Origin: a virus
IMG/VR virus record: IMGVR_UViG_3300024520_000006
Span: 1-48,539 of that record
Reading direction: 5' to 3' (one strand)
Length of the DNA stretch: 48,539 nt
In this document: positions 22,705 to 29,813 of the stretch, piece after piece
Numbering within the stretch: the first letter of the stretch is position 1
Layout: each line of letters begins with the position of its first letter
The notes under the pieces: generated by a model
Seen by the model: the letters and a program-made list of their open reading frames with translations, nothing else
What the model was told of the DNA's origin: nothing
The model's database searches: none
Position numbers and translations under genes: made by a program

Positions 22705-24633
22705 TTACCCTTCTTGTTCAATATCAGGGGCTCGCTCCGCAAGATAAAACCTCTTTGCCTTTCCTATAGTTCGTACGGCGATTGTTCCATCATTCAATAG
22801 TGGGGCCATGTCTGCCCTTATCTTCTTTTGCCCGACACCCATAGATGCCTGGAGATTACGGTATCCGAGCCCATCAGGCCCAGCTTCACCCAGAATGGCA
22901 AGGATCTTATTGTCTGTACCGACAACTCCCGACGCTTGCCATTCATACCCTGATTCTCCAACGTCACCCATATTGAGGATAAAACCTGTCGGGGGAGGAG
23001 ATAGACGCTCACGGAATTCCCGCTCCACGACCACCTGGATACCTGATTCACTAACCTTAGCTTCGAGATATAAGGCTGCCTCAAGCCATCCGTATATAGT
23101 TGTGGAACCCAAGAGCTTGATCCCTCCAGCGCCTCTACCTTTTCGATCAGAACCTCCTTTGCCCCAATGGTGTACGACCACCACTGCACAGTTGTAGAGG
23201 TTCCTAACACGAAGAAGCCATGAGAGGATGGGACGCATTTCCTTAGCATTATTTTCATCGGCACCCCCTATCATGAGGTATAGCGGATCGAACACGATGA
23301 GTTTGGCACCCTCTTTCTGGATGACCTCCTCTATCGCATCTCGATCCTGTGGATTACTCATATCGAAACCAAAATCGTTATAGAAGATAAGAGGTATAGA
23401 CGGCGGGAACTGTACCACAATCTCATCTTTATTACCCTGAGAAACTTTGCCTGAGTGTAACCCACGTTGGTAAGTCATTTTCCATAGTCTGTCTCGTAAC
23501 AAGGACATAGAGTTCTCTTGCTGGACTACAATGACAGGGCCCACCCCTTTAGGGTTAACCTCAAATTGCCCCATGAATGGGGAGTTGGAAGACACACTGA
23601 TGGCTAGGTCTAGAGATATGAGGCTCTTATAAGATTTGGGCAAACCAGCAATAATGCCATGGGATCCAAGTGTCCACCAGTCATTAACAAGCCATGCTGG
23701 TTCAGTAACTTTGGAACCAAGGAGATCGGCATAGGAGATAAGTCTTGGCCGCAAACGCACAAGGCCTGTTTGCTGATCGACTTCCCTCTCGGTGCCAGTA
23801 TGGAGATGTGCTTTCTGGACTTCACGCCAGAGGTAATCATCAGCGTTTCGCCGTTCCTTAAACTTATTCCAGACAGATCCTCTGACAACGAGGAAGACTT
23901 CTTCTGGTTCGAGTCCGGCTTCGAGGAGGCGACATTCGAGTTCCCACAGTCGGTCACTTCTGTCTCCTTCGGCTTGCTCTCGCTTCTCTCCAAGTAGTTC
24001 ACGTCCTCGTACATCAAGCCTATCCCAGATACGTCTTGTAATGCTTTCTGCCGATTCGGCCGGGAGGATAAGAGATTGGACCAGTGGATCGAGGTTATGC
24101 GACTCCACTCCTTTGACGAATTCCTCAATTTCTGCGACGGTAAAGGTCTGCTCATTGTCCCAAAGTTTCCTTACTCTCTTGGGGGTGGGGTATTTGTAAT
24201 TGTAGGTACCTGGTATACGGAGGACTTTAGTAAGATGCCATCCACCCTTGTCCGACCCGGTGGCATAGGTGAGTCGTCTATTGAGATCCTCAAACTTCTT
24301 AGGAGATACTGGTCGTTTGAGTTCCCATAACCCTTGGTATCTGCCGGGGCTTGTTTGTATTGCGATAGTGGGCTTAAGGTCAAGGGATCTAGGGTCAACT
24401 GCATCAAGGTCACTGTATAACCATCTGAGTCTTCCAGTGTTGCTTTTAAGACGACGGGGGCTTTGGAAGACATTCGGGCAGTAATAACTGTCCGAGTCGG
24501 CGGGGTGATCGGGTATCTTCTCTTCCGTAGGCCATGTATACGCATCAGGTTCTATCCATTTGTCTGTTTTGTAGGGCGTGAATACGTACCCAGTTTGAGT
24601 ACCCCATACCCTTCGGAGGAAAGAGTTGGACAT
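22705..24633 (-). CDS. Bifunctional primase-polymerase / RepA-type (AAA_25-like) replicative helicase
   Basis: N-terminal LYSDLD...IAIQTSPGRYQGLWEL...VLRIPGTYNYK (prim-pol/RepB'-like). C-terminal Walker A AGLPKSYKS, Walker B LIVFDPLY, VVVVHHWGKGG. Confidence 0.8.
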   Translation of the reverse strand: MSNSFLRRVWGTQTGYVFTPYKTDKWIEPDAYTWPTEEKIPDHPADSDSYYCPNVFQSPRRLKSNTGRLRWLYSDLDAVDPRSLDLKPTIAIQTSPGRYQGLWELKRPVSPKKFEDLNRRLTYATGSDKGGWHLTKVLRIPGTYNYKYPTPKRVRKLWDNEQTFTVAEIEEFVKGVESHNLDPLVQSLILPAESAESITRRIWDRLDVRGRELLGEKREQAEGDRSDRLWELECRLLEAGLEPEEVFLVVRGSVWNKFKERRNADDYLWREVQKAHLHTGTEREVDQQTGLVRLRPRLISYADLLGSKVTEPAWLVNDWWTLGSHGIIAGLPKSYKSLISLDLAISVSSNSPFMGQFEVNPKGVGPVIVVQQENSMSLLRDRLWKMTYQRGLHSGKVSQGNKDEIVVQFPPSIPLIFYNDFGFDMSNPQDRDAIEEVIQKEGAKLIVFDPLYLMIGGADENNAKEMRPILSWLLRVRNLYNCAVVVVHHWGKGGSDRKGRGAGGIKLLGSTTIYGWLEAALYLEAKVSESGIQVVVEREFRERLSPPPTGFILNMGDVGESGYEWQASGVVGTDNKILAILGEAGPDGLGYRNLQASMGVGQKKIRADMAPLLNDGTIAVRTIGKAKRFYLAERAPDIEQEG

Positions 24634-24642
24634 TCGTCACTT

Positions 24643-24843
24643 TCAGGACGGAGGGGGAATGGACCCGGGAGGCCATACTTGAGGCATATCGTCTTTGTGA
24701 ATAAGGTAGTAATACCCTTTAAGCCCTACTTTTGAGGCTTCGATATTACCGCTCTTAATATGGTATTGAACGTCCCTAACCTTAACATTGTGCTGGTCAG
24801 CAACATCTCGGGTAGTACGCCAGTCGGATAGGTCTCTACTCAT
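24643..24843 (-). CDS. 66-aa helix-turn-helix (excisionase/MerR-like) DNA-binding protein
   Basis: TTRDVADQHNVKVRDVQYHIKSGNIEASKVG is a typical small HTH; first gene of the replication operon. Confidence 0.6.
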   Translation of the reverse strand: MSRDLSDWRTTRDVADQHNVKVRDVQYHIKSGNIEASKVGLKGYYYLIHKDDMPQVWPPGSIPPPS

Positions 24844-24862
24844 AGGTTCTCTTTCGTCGGAT

Positions 24863-24897
24863 ATTATACTGTATCATAGACCACTATGCGGTGTCAA
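24863..24897 (-). promoter_or_regulatory. Perfect TTGACA and TATAAT hexamers but with a 23-nt spacer; promoter-like, non-canonical
   Basis: Minus strand TTGACA (24897-24892) and TATAAT (24868-24863) read directly; sits between a terminator hairpin and the HTH gene, but the spacing is wrong for sigma70. Confidence 0.25.
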
Positions 24898-24909
24898 ATC
24901 CAAGGAGAA

Positions 24910-24940
24910 GGGAGAGCGGGGTTATCCATTCCGCTCTCCC
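24910..24940 (-). terminator. Intrinsic-terminator-like hairpin (10-bp GC stem, 11-nt loop), possibly bidirectional
   Basis: GGGAGAGCGG-11 nt-CCGCTCTCCC, flanked by A-rich sequence on one side and TTTT on the other; 24 nt after the stop of the 132-aa gene. Confidence 0.6.
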
Positions 24941-24963
24941 TTTTCCTCGCTGTACGAGTCAAC

Positions 24964-25362
24964 CTACTTCTTGGAAGCAGGCTTTCTGGCACGTTTCTTA
25001 GCAGGAGCCTTCTTGGCTGGGGCCTTTTTCTTTGCGCCCTTCTTGCCTCCGCCCTTCTCATGAGAGTCCTCTTTCCAGGCCTTCATGATTCGGACAAGCT
25101 CTGCATCCTTCCAGTTGACCCAGGTGTAACGGGCTTTAGGCTCACGCTCGGCGAGTTTCAAGTCCCCGCTTGTGGCCTTACGCCGCAACCAGGCACGGAA
25201 GGTCTTGGGATTGGCACCAAGCTTTTCAGCAACGGCTGAAGCTCCGATACCCTTTGGCTTCGACTTGGCTGATGCCTTCTTTGTCGTTGCCTTCTTCGTC
25301 TCCTCTTCCTCATCGAGGTCATCAAAGTCCTCATCAAGGTCAAGGTCATCAAAGTCAGTCAA
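24964..25362 (-). CDS. 132-aa DNA-binding protein: acidic N-terminus, HTH-like core, PAKK-type lysine-rich tail
   Basis: TTG start behind SD GAGGAGGAA; MTDFDDLDLDEDFDDLDEEEE...; VAEKLGANPKTFRAWLRR; tail KKGAKKKAPAKKAPAKKRARKPASKK. Confidence 0.7.
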   Translation of the reverse strand: MTDFDDLDLDEDFDDLDEEEETKKATTKKASAKSKPKGIGASAVAEKLGANPKTFRAWLRRKATSGDLKLAEREPKARYTWVNWKDAELVRIMKAWKEDSHEKGGGKKGAKKKAPAKKAPAKKRARKPASKK

Positions 25363-25400
25363 GGGTTCCTCCTCTGCTAGCTGACTTTCCTTACTGTTTA

Positions 25401-25429
25401 ATAGTACACTAATTGGTTATCGCTGTCAA
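25401..25429 (-). promoter_or_regulatory. Sigma70-like promoter candidate TTGACA-17-TACTAT
   Basis: Minus-strand hexamers at 25429-25424 and 25406-25401, spacer 17; about 35 nt upstream of the 132-aa gene start. Confidence 0.5.
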
Positions 25430-25666
25430 CTCCTCTCTGATCCAAGGACTGGGCTCAAATGGTGTAAGCACCAACTCTTGTGGTTTATGGCCACTAGCCC
25501 CTGGGACCTTCTGTTTGAACTTATGGCCATTCATGATGTAACTACCTACTTCCCACAGAACCCATACTAGTTTCTCTGTGGTGTCATAGAAGGCGATTCG
25601 ACCCTCTCGGTCAGAGCCTTTGAGTCGTACCCAGTGGCCATGTTTCTTAAAAGAGGGTTCACTCAT
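25409..25666 (-). CDS. 85-aa early protein, unknown function
   Basis: Start taken at the ATG directly behind the cassette SD (MSEPSFKK...). The ORF-track extension MGYCQWEEPT is the translated SD and begins with TTG. Confidence 0.7.
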   Translation of the reverse strand: MSEPSFKKHGHWVRLKGSDREGRIAFYDTTEKLVWVLWEVGSYIMNGHKFKQKVPGASGHKPQELVLTPFEPSPWIREELTAITN

Positions 25667-25895
25667 CGTCGGTTCCTCCCATTGGCAGTAGCCCAATCCA
25701 TTGCAGGTTTGGCCACACTCGGTCGTACCATTCTCCCTTGTCCCACTCGACGGTCAACTCGAAGTTGTAGTAATCCCGTCGATCCATCGCTGTGACCGTG
25801 CAAGCGCCCATTGTCTCTACCGTGATACGGTCGCCCGCTTTGAAGTCGTTGGGAACCCATTCGCCTGGAGGTAACTGGGTTTCTCTCTCACTCAT
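25659..25895 (-). CDS. 78-aa early protein, unknown function
   Basis: Start MSERETQ behind the cassette SD; ends ...GGTDDE with its stop overlapping the next start (ATGAGTGA). Confidence 0.7.
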   Translation of the reverse strand: MSERETQLPPGEWVPNDFKAGDRITVETMGACTVTAMDRRDYYNFELTVEWDKGEWYDRVWPNLQWIGLLPMGGTDDE

Positions 25896-25921
25896 TGTCG
25901 GTTCCTCCCAACGCATCCAAC

Positions 25922-26200
25922 TCAATAGTCATATTGGTACGCCCTCCCACACTCGATACATTCCGTGTACGACGAACCGTTTTTCAGAGTGAACACAGGT
26001 ATGAACTGGTGGCGACATACCTCTTTGGGCTTGTCGGTTCCTCCCAACGCAGCATCCACAACAGGCACCAGACGTGACCCGCCGCAGCTAGGGAGATGTT
26101 CCTCTAGTCGCCCAACGAAATGCCCACCCATAGCGATTGCGTTATAGTGCTTGTCGATGTCGTGTTCGCATCGTTCGATTCGGTAGGTTTGGTCACTCAT
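25922..26200 (-). CDS. 92-aa early protein, possibly a fusion of two cassettes (Cys/His-rich)
   Basis: Start MSDQTYR behind a variant cassette; an internal in-frame copy is read as DAALGGTDK; the C-terminal half has C.H...C..C. Confidence 0.65.
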   Translation of the reverse strand: MSDQTYRIERCEHDIDKHYNAIAMGGHFVGRLEEHLPSCGGSRLVPVVDAALGGTDKPKEVCRHQFIPVFTLKNGSSYTECIECGRAYQYDY

Positions 26201-26363
26201 TGTCGCTGCCCTCCACTTGAATAACAGCGATGATGGCCCCCTGTTTGCCTCCCTGATACGGAGTGTCTGAGTTCGGGTGATACGTCACACCGGGAGCGAT
26301 ATGAACCGTGTCACCTTCCTTGTCCTTGATCTCTACCCATCCGGGCATCAGTCGGTCATTCAT
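26193..26363 (-). CDS. 56-aa early protein, unknown function
   Basis: Start MNDRLMPGW behind TTGGAGGAACCGACAATG; ends ..VEGSDNE with ATGAGTGA overlap onto the next gene. Confidence 0.65.
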   Translation of the reverse strand: MNDRLMPGWVEIKDKEGDTVHIAPGVTYHPNSDTPYQGGKQGAIIAVIQVEGSDNE

Positions 26364-26392
26364 TGTCGGTTCCTCCAAAGTATCAAACATCA

Positions 26393-26533
26393 CTAGCAAT
26401 CACTCCAATGCCCTATACCGCAATTCGACCAATCACAAGTATCGCACGCCACATACTCGCCATAATGAATATCAACAAACGAACCACCGCACTTAGGGCA
26501 GCCACTATCGACCGCGGGTATCGGGTTGTGCAT
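26393..26533 (-). CDS. 46-aa zinc-ribbon protein (not in the ORF track)
   Basis: Hand translation gives MHNPIPAVDSGCPKCGGSFVDIHYGEYVACDTCDWSNCGIGHWSDC; the ATG lies directly behind the cassette copy GTTGGGAGGAACCAACAATG. Confidence 0.6.
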   Translation of the reverse strand: MHNPIPAVDSGCPKCGGSFVDIHYGEYVACDTCDWSNCGIGHWSDC

Positions 26534-26571
26534 TGTTGGTTCCTCCCAACTCGTTAATCGTGTCAGCAGGT

Positions 26572-26946
26572 CTATTTCTCCTTCCGGACGCCCTTGAAAG
26601 TGCCTCCCGAACGCTTCACGCTCGTGAATCGGCCAGTAGTTGTATCACGTTTCGTCCAAAGACCTGTAGAGGAGTTTTGCACCTGGGTGCGATTCGTTAC
26701 AGCGCCCTTGCCGGTTCCTCCCAACGCATCCAACAAGTCAGCCAACTCAGACCACTGCTGTCGAAACTCGTAACGTCCTTGTCCAATGTCGTCGTAGTTC
26801 CATGCGTCTGCGATAGCCTGTAGGCGGGTATCAGGAACCAGTACGTCACGGTTCTTCAGATACGAAACAAGTTCGCTGTCGTTGGCGAGATAACTTCCGG
26901 TTGGTAGGTCGGGGTTCGTTAGGTCGATTCGGTACAGGTCACTCAT
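26572..26946 (-). CDS. 124-aa early protein, unknown function, with an internal cassette scar
   Basis: Start MSDLYRI behind GGAAGGAACCGACAATGAGTGA; an internal in-frame copy is read as LLDALGGTGK. Confidence 0.7.
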   Translation of the reverse strand: MSDLYRIDLTNPDLPTGSYLANDSELVSYLKNRDVLVPDTRLQAIADAWNYDDIGQGRYEFRQQWSELADLLDALGGTGKGAVTNRTQVQNSSTGLWTKRDTTTGRFTSVKRSGGTFKGVRKEK

Positions 26947-27025
26947 TGTCGGTTCCTTCCTCGATCGCTGCTGCCGGTGCAGCCAGTAACGTAACCATAA
27001 TGATTGTGGTGAATAGTGTCCTCAT
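26939..27025 (-). CDS. 28-aa hydrophobic micro-protein (not in the ORF track)
   Basis: Hand translation gives MRTLFTTIIMVTLLAAPAAAIEEGTDNE; ATGA overlap with the upstream stop, and its own stop overlaps the next ATG through the cassette. Confidence 0.45.
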   Translation of the reverse strand: MRTLFTTIIMVTLLAAPAAAIEEGTDNE

Positions 27026-27255
27026 GTTATATCTCGATCCAGAAAGTCCATGGGGTCTCCCCACTCACCTTCTAGTTTCATTGTGTCTGCCTCTTGGTTA
27101 CGGATAATATGCTCAGCATACTCTCTCCGCTCCCGTTCGTCAGCCAACTGTTTTTGAACCTCATCTAATCGTGGTATGAATAGAAATTGCCATACAACCC
27201 ATGCTGTCACAATAACAATGAGGATGGATCCAACTACAAATTGTTCCACAGTCAT
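27022..27255 (-). CDS. 77-aa membrane-anchored coiled-coil protein
   Basis: N-terminal TM segment VVGSILIVIVTAWVVWQFLFI followed by a charged helix; ATGA overlap with the upstream gene. Confidence 0.7.
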   Translation of the reverse strand: MTVEQFVVGSILIVIVTAWVVWQFLFIPRLDEVQKQLADERERREYAEHIIRNQEADTMKLEGEWGDPMDFLDRDIT

Positions 27256-27512
27256 GCTGGGTGCGTCTCCCCTCTTCTTGATCTACCGTGCCTGTTTACT
27301 TCTATTGCTCCTACAATACCATACTCGCCCAAAAGAGACTCGACTTGGCGTATAGTCCAAATGTTGAAATTTATCTCTGGCTCAAATGACTCCTTGATGA
27401 CATTTCCGTTGTAGTCTTCCATTGTATAGGTGTATGTGCCTTTGTCAAGTAGTTTCCGGAACAGAACTTTATGGTCCCTGGACTGGAAGTGGATCTTGTC
27501 TATCTCTTGCAT
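27252..27512 (-). CDS. 86-aa early protein, unknown function
   Basis: ORF in a coupled chain with ordinary globular composition. Confidence 0.7.
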   Translation of the reverse strand: MQEIDKIHFQSRDHKVLFRKLLDKGTYTYTMEDYNGNVIKESFEPEINFNIWTIRQVESLLGEYGIVGAIEVNRHGRSRRGETHPA

Positions 27513-27531
27513 ACCTTGTCCTTTCGCTTGG

Positions 27532-27708
27532 TTAGTGGGACCCAGATAGGACCCAGGCTGACAATGTTGGTTCTGTTGGCGTGACTATTATAGGGTCTGG
27601 TGGAAGTAGGTTGAAGAATGAGAGGATCAGATAGCCGACTATCATGATGGTGAAAAGAATGATCCAAGCCATTACGACCTTTTTGGCGAGTTCGATTATG
27701 GTTATCAT
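27532..27708 (-). CDS. 58-aa single-pass membrane protein
   Basis: Start at the internal ATG (MITIIELAKK...), which forms an ATGA overlap with the upstream stop; TM segment MAWIILFTIMIVGYLILSFF. Confidence 0.55.
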   Translation of the reverse strand: MITIIELAKKVVMAWIILFTIMIVGYLILSFFNLLPPDPIIVTPTEPTLSAWVLSGSH

Positions 27709-27902
27709 CCGTGGGCACAACCGATCTGACCGCACTCTCCGCAGTAATCGTCATCATCAAGAGGTGTTACATCATGAAGATCAACATGGTGCCGACGATC
27801 ATCACCAACCATAATGTAAATCCCGCAATGGAAATGCTCATCACACTTCGCTTCCCATTCAAAGGCAATGCCTTTCATTGTATCAACTTGAACTGCCATC
27901 AT
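27705..27902 (-). CDS. 65-aa Cys/His-rich early protein
   Basis: SD AAAGGAGA upstream of ATGATG; C..H.C ... CGECGQIGC. Confidence 0.7.
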   Translation of the reverse strand: MMAVQVDTMKGIAFEWEAKCDEHFHCGIYIMVGDDRRHHVDLHDVTPLDDDDYCGECGQIGCAHG

Positions 27903-28165
27903 CTAATCTCCTTTGGGTCTCTTTCTGTAGGTGTTTCTTCAGGTGTTTCTTTCACTGGGTCTATGGATGCCCAGAACTCCAAGGGTACTGCGGAAACACT
28001 CACCCTGGGTCGACTCACACCCCCCCTAGGGGGTGGGTGAATGAGGCGCCCAGTGAAAGTCTTGATGTTACCGGTTTGCCGTATTGTTTGGGTTTTGTGT
28101 TTTCTTTGTTTTTGGGAAGTTTGAGGTACGTTTTGGTTTCTTTTCTGTTTTCTTGATTGTGTCAT
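27899..28165 (-). CDS. Doubtful 88-aa basic low-complexity ORF in an otherwise non-coding CA-rich stretch
   Basis: MTQSRKQKRNQNVPQTSQKQRKHKTQ...; the stop forms ATGA with the next gene and GAGGAG lies 13 nt upstream, but the composition is atypical for coding sequence. Confidence 0.3.
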   Translation of the reverse strand: MTQSRKQKRNQNVPQTSQKQRKHKTQTIRQTGNIKTFTGRLIHPPPRGGVSRPRVSVSAVPLEFWASIDPVKETPEETPTERDPKEIR

Positions 28166-28278
28166 TGTAGTTTTGGTCTCCTCTCGGCGTGCCCAGGCTT
28201 ACAGGGGGAGCCGCTATATGTCGTTGTGAGTCGTGAGACTGTAATTGAATTTCCAATCCTTAAAAACGATTCTACGCT

Positions 28279-28599
28279 TTAGGTAGTTTTTGGGAGTTCG
28301 GGGTCATCTCGCTCAATTCGGTACAAAGAAACTTCGTGGTTCATGAGAACACATTCCATTTGGTAAATGGGGTGCCAGATACCCTCTATTGGTTCGAACC
28401 TCTTATATTTCTGTCTGGCTAGTTCTTTGAATTCATTGGCCTCATTTTCATCGAGGGCTCGGAACATAGCAAACCCATCTTCCTCAGGGTAGAGGATCTG
28501 GTCCAAATTAGACAGAAGGTTGGCTTGGTTGAGAACCTCTACTCTGCTTGGTCCCAAAAGTAATTGGTCTCTGGGTGAATTTGTGTTAGACGTGGTCAT
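28279..28599 (-). CDS. 106-aa early protein, unknown function
   Basis: Start taken at the internal ATG (MTTSNTNS), which forms ATGA with the upstream stop. Confidence 0.65.
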   Translation of the reverse strand: MTTSNTNSPRDQLLLGPSRVEVLNQANLLSNLDQILYPEEDGFAMFRALDENEANEFKELARQKYKRFEPIEGIWHPIYQMECVLMNHEVSLYRIERDDPELPKTT

Positions 28600-28778
28600 A
28601 TCATCCCCATTTGTAGTAGTGGGCTGATCTGCCCGCAGTAGCATTTGCCATCAGGCTCGATACCGTTCCCATCGTCGGGGCAGTAGAATACATGTCCATC
28701 AGGTGATACGTCCCATCCCAAGTCTGCGAAACCATTATCCTCGAGAAATTGTTGCCAATCCATTGTGTTTCCTTTCAT
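28596..28778 (-). CDS. 60-aa early protein, unknown function
   Basis: ATGA overlaps at both ends of the ORF. Confidence 0.65.
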   Translation of the reverse strand: MKGNTMDWQQFLEDNGFADLGWDVSPDGHVFYCPDDGNGIEPDGKCYCGQISPLLQMGMI

Positions 28779-29089
28779 TTCTTTCTGGTTGTCGGTGTTG
28801 TCTTTTTGGCGGGTGTTTTGGTTGCTGGCTTTTTCTGTGTCTTCGGCTTCGGCGGGATCTTTGGACCCTTACGTGTCATCTTTGGATGGTCAGCAAAGAA
28901 GGTCGTTAAGGCCTCATCTACAATTTCTCCAATGCTTGCGGGCCAATCTTCTGTCTCATCGGGACGTCTGGTCATGGGTCGGTCCATGTAGTCAAGGTAA
29001 TCATCAATACTGTTCCGCATTCTGAGCGTAACTCGGGTATTGAACTGAACCTTTACATCTTCGTTGCGGATACGTTGTGGGCTAGCCAT
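28775..29089 (-). CDS. Ribbon-helix-helix (CopG/Arc-like) DNA-binding protein with a basic PAKK-type tail
   Basis: VKVQFNTRVTLRMRNSIDDYLDY fits the beta-strand/helix pattern of RHH proteins; tail KGPKIPPKPKTQKKPATKTPAKKTTPTTRKK; SD GGAGGA upstream. Confidence 0.6.
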   Translation of the reverse strand: MASPQRIRNEDVKVQFNTRVTLRMRNSIDDYLDYMDRPMTRRPDETEDWPASIGEIVDEALTTFFADHPKMTRKGPKIPPKPKTQKKPATKTPAKKTTPTTRKK

Positions 29090-29091
29090 GT

Positions 29092-29331
29092 TTAAATTTC
29101 CTCCAGCATTGCTTGATGGTATTCTTCTATTACGGTTGGCACTATTGACTCATGGAATTCATCTTGACGAAGGTCTTCCCTGAGTGTTTGGTCCATGAGT
29201 TTTTGCATACAGGTTTCATGGATCCAATTTTGTGTGTTGTGGTGAAGTCTTACCACTTTGTCTTTACCTGCGATGATGTACTGTTGGCACTCTCCACATC
29301 GTTGAGTGTACCTAGCGGTAAAAGATTTCAT
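29092..29331 (-). CDS. 79-aa Cys/His protein, unknown function
   Basis: CGEC ... HETC; ATGA overlap with the upstream gene. Confidence 0.65.
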   Translation of the reverse strand: MKSFTARYTQRCGECQQYIIAGKDKVVRLHHNTQNWIHETCMQKLMDQTLREDLRQDEFHESIVPTVIEEYHQAMLEEI

Positions 29332-29561
29332 GATGGTTGGCCCGCTTCTTTGTCTCGCTCTTGGCCCATCTGCTTAATGACGGTTCTAAGAGTCAAACCC
29401 ACTCGGTCGTAGTCTTGGTTGGTACAATCATTGCCTTCAGTAACAAACTGGTTGCAAACGGGGCACTTGACATCATCTCCGGCCAACCACTTATTGAGTT
29501 GGCGTCGTGGCTTGAGATGAAAAAGCGATTCGGCCTCAAACCTGATGGATGCATTGCTCAT
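29328..29561 (-). CDS. 77-aa early protein (zinc-ribbon CPVC...C)
   Basis: Start at the internal ATG (MSNASIRF), which forms ATGA with the stop of a better-looking 57-aa ORF in another frame. Confidence 0.55.
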   Translation of the reverse strand: MSNASIRFEAESLFHLKPRRQLNKWLAGDDVKCPVCNQFVTEGNDCTNQDYDRVGLTLRTVIKQMGQERDKEAGQPS

Positions 29562-29731
29562 CGGGGACGACCTTCCATCATACGGTCCCAAGACCTGATG
29601 TTGTCGAGTCGTTTGGCTTTGAGTTCTTGAGACTGGGCGTGTGTCATACTGGGCCAGTGGCCAAACTTCTCGATGAACTCCTCGTGAATATGTTGGCATT
29701 CTTTACAACGGCATAGCGGCGTGTTGTTCAT
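29558..29731 (-). CDS. 57-aa Cys/His protein (not in the ORF track)
   Basis: Hand translation gives MNNTPLCRCKECQHIHEEFIEKFGHWPSMTHAQSQELKAKRLDNIRSWDRMMEGRPR; SD GGAG 7 nt upstream; ATGA overlaps at both ends. Confidence 0.55.
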   Translation of the reverse strand: MNNTPLCRCKECQHIHEEFIEKFGHWPSMTHAQSQELKAKRLDNIRSWDRMMEGRPR

Positions 29732-29805
29732 AGTTGGACTCCTAATGTGAATAGATAGATGGCGAAAAGTATGATAAGGGCTATGATGTTACGGTATCGG
29801 CTCAT
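29728..29805 (-). CDS. 25-aa transmembrane micro-protein (not in the ORF track)
   Basis: Hand translation gives MSRYRNIIALIILFAIYLFTLGVQL; strong SD in TAAGGAGAATCATG; the stop overlaps the next ATG (ATGA). Confidence 0.45.
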   Translation of the reverse strand: MSRYRNIIALIILFAIYLFTLGVQL

Positions 29806-29813
29806 GATTCTCC

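Larger units (their letters stand above)
25360..26963 (-). repeat. Dispersed family (~9 copies) of a 20-28 nt SD-start junction cassette, GTTGGGAGGAACCGACAATGAGTGA
   Basis: Plus-strand CATTGTCGGTTCCTCCCAAC-like copies at 25664-25685, 25893-25920, 26198-26214, 26361-26380, 26531-26550 and 26944-26962; a degenerate copy at 25360-25377; ATG-less in-frame copies at 26030-26059 and 26707-26733. Confidence 0.9.

Noticed and set aside
24788-25412. Plus-strand ORFs 24788..25063, 24886..25239, 25170..25412 and 25172..25384, and minus-strand 25158..25352
   Set aside because: They run antisense to, or out of frame with, the well-supported 132-aa gene (SD, promoter, terminator). Their products are low-complexity mirror images of its Lys/Ala and Asp/Glu tracts.
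25360-26963. Regularly recurring ~20-nt repeat that might be mistaken for a CRISPR array
   Set aside because: Spacing is irregular (150-370 nt). Every full copy is an SD plus ATG at the start of a small protein gene, the spacers are coding, and no cas genes or leader are present.
27500-27760. 86-aa ORF overlapping the 58-aa membrane-protein gene
   Set aside because: It overlaps two better-supported genes on the same strand, has no SD and has His/Arg/Thr-rich odd composition. The alternative frame gives a clean TM protein with an ATGA-coupled start.
29562-29699. N-terminal 46 residues of ORF 29328..29699
   Set aside because: This part is low-complexity (RPVSRTQSQTTRQHQ). A different frame over the same DNA gives a well-formed 57-aa Cys/His protein with an SD and ATGA overlaps at both ends, so the 123-aa ORF was split.
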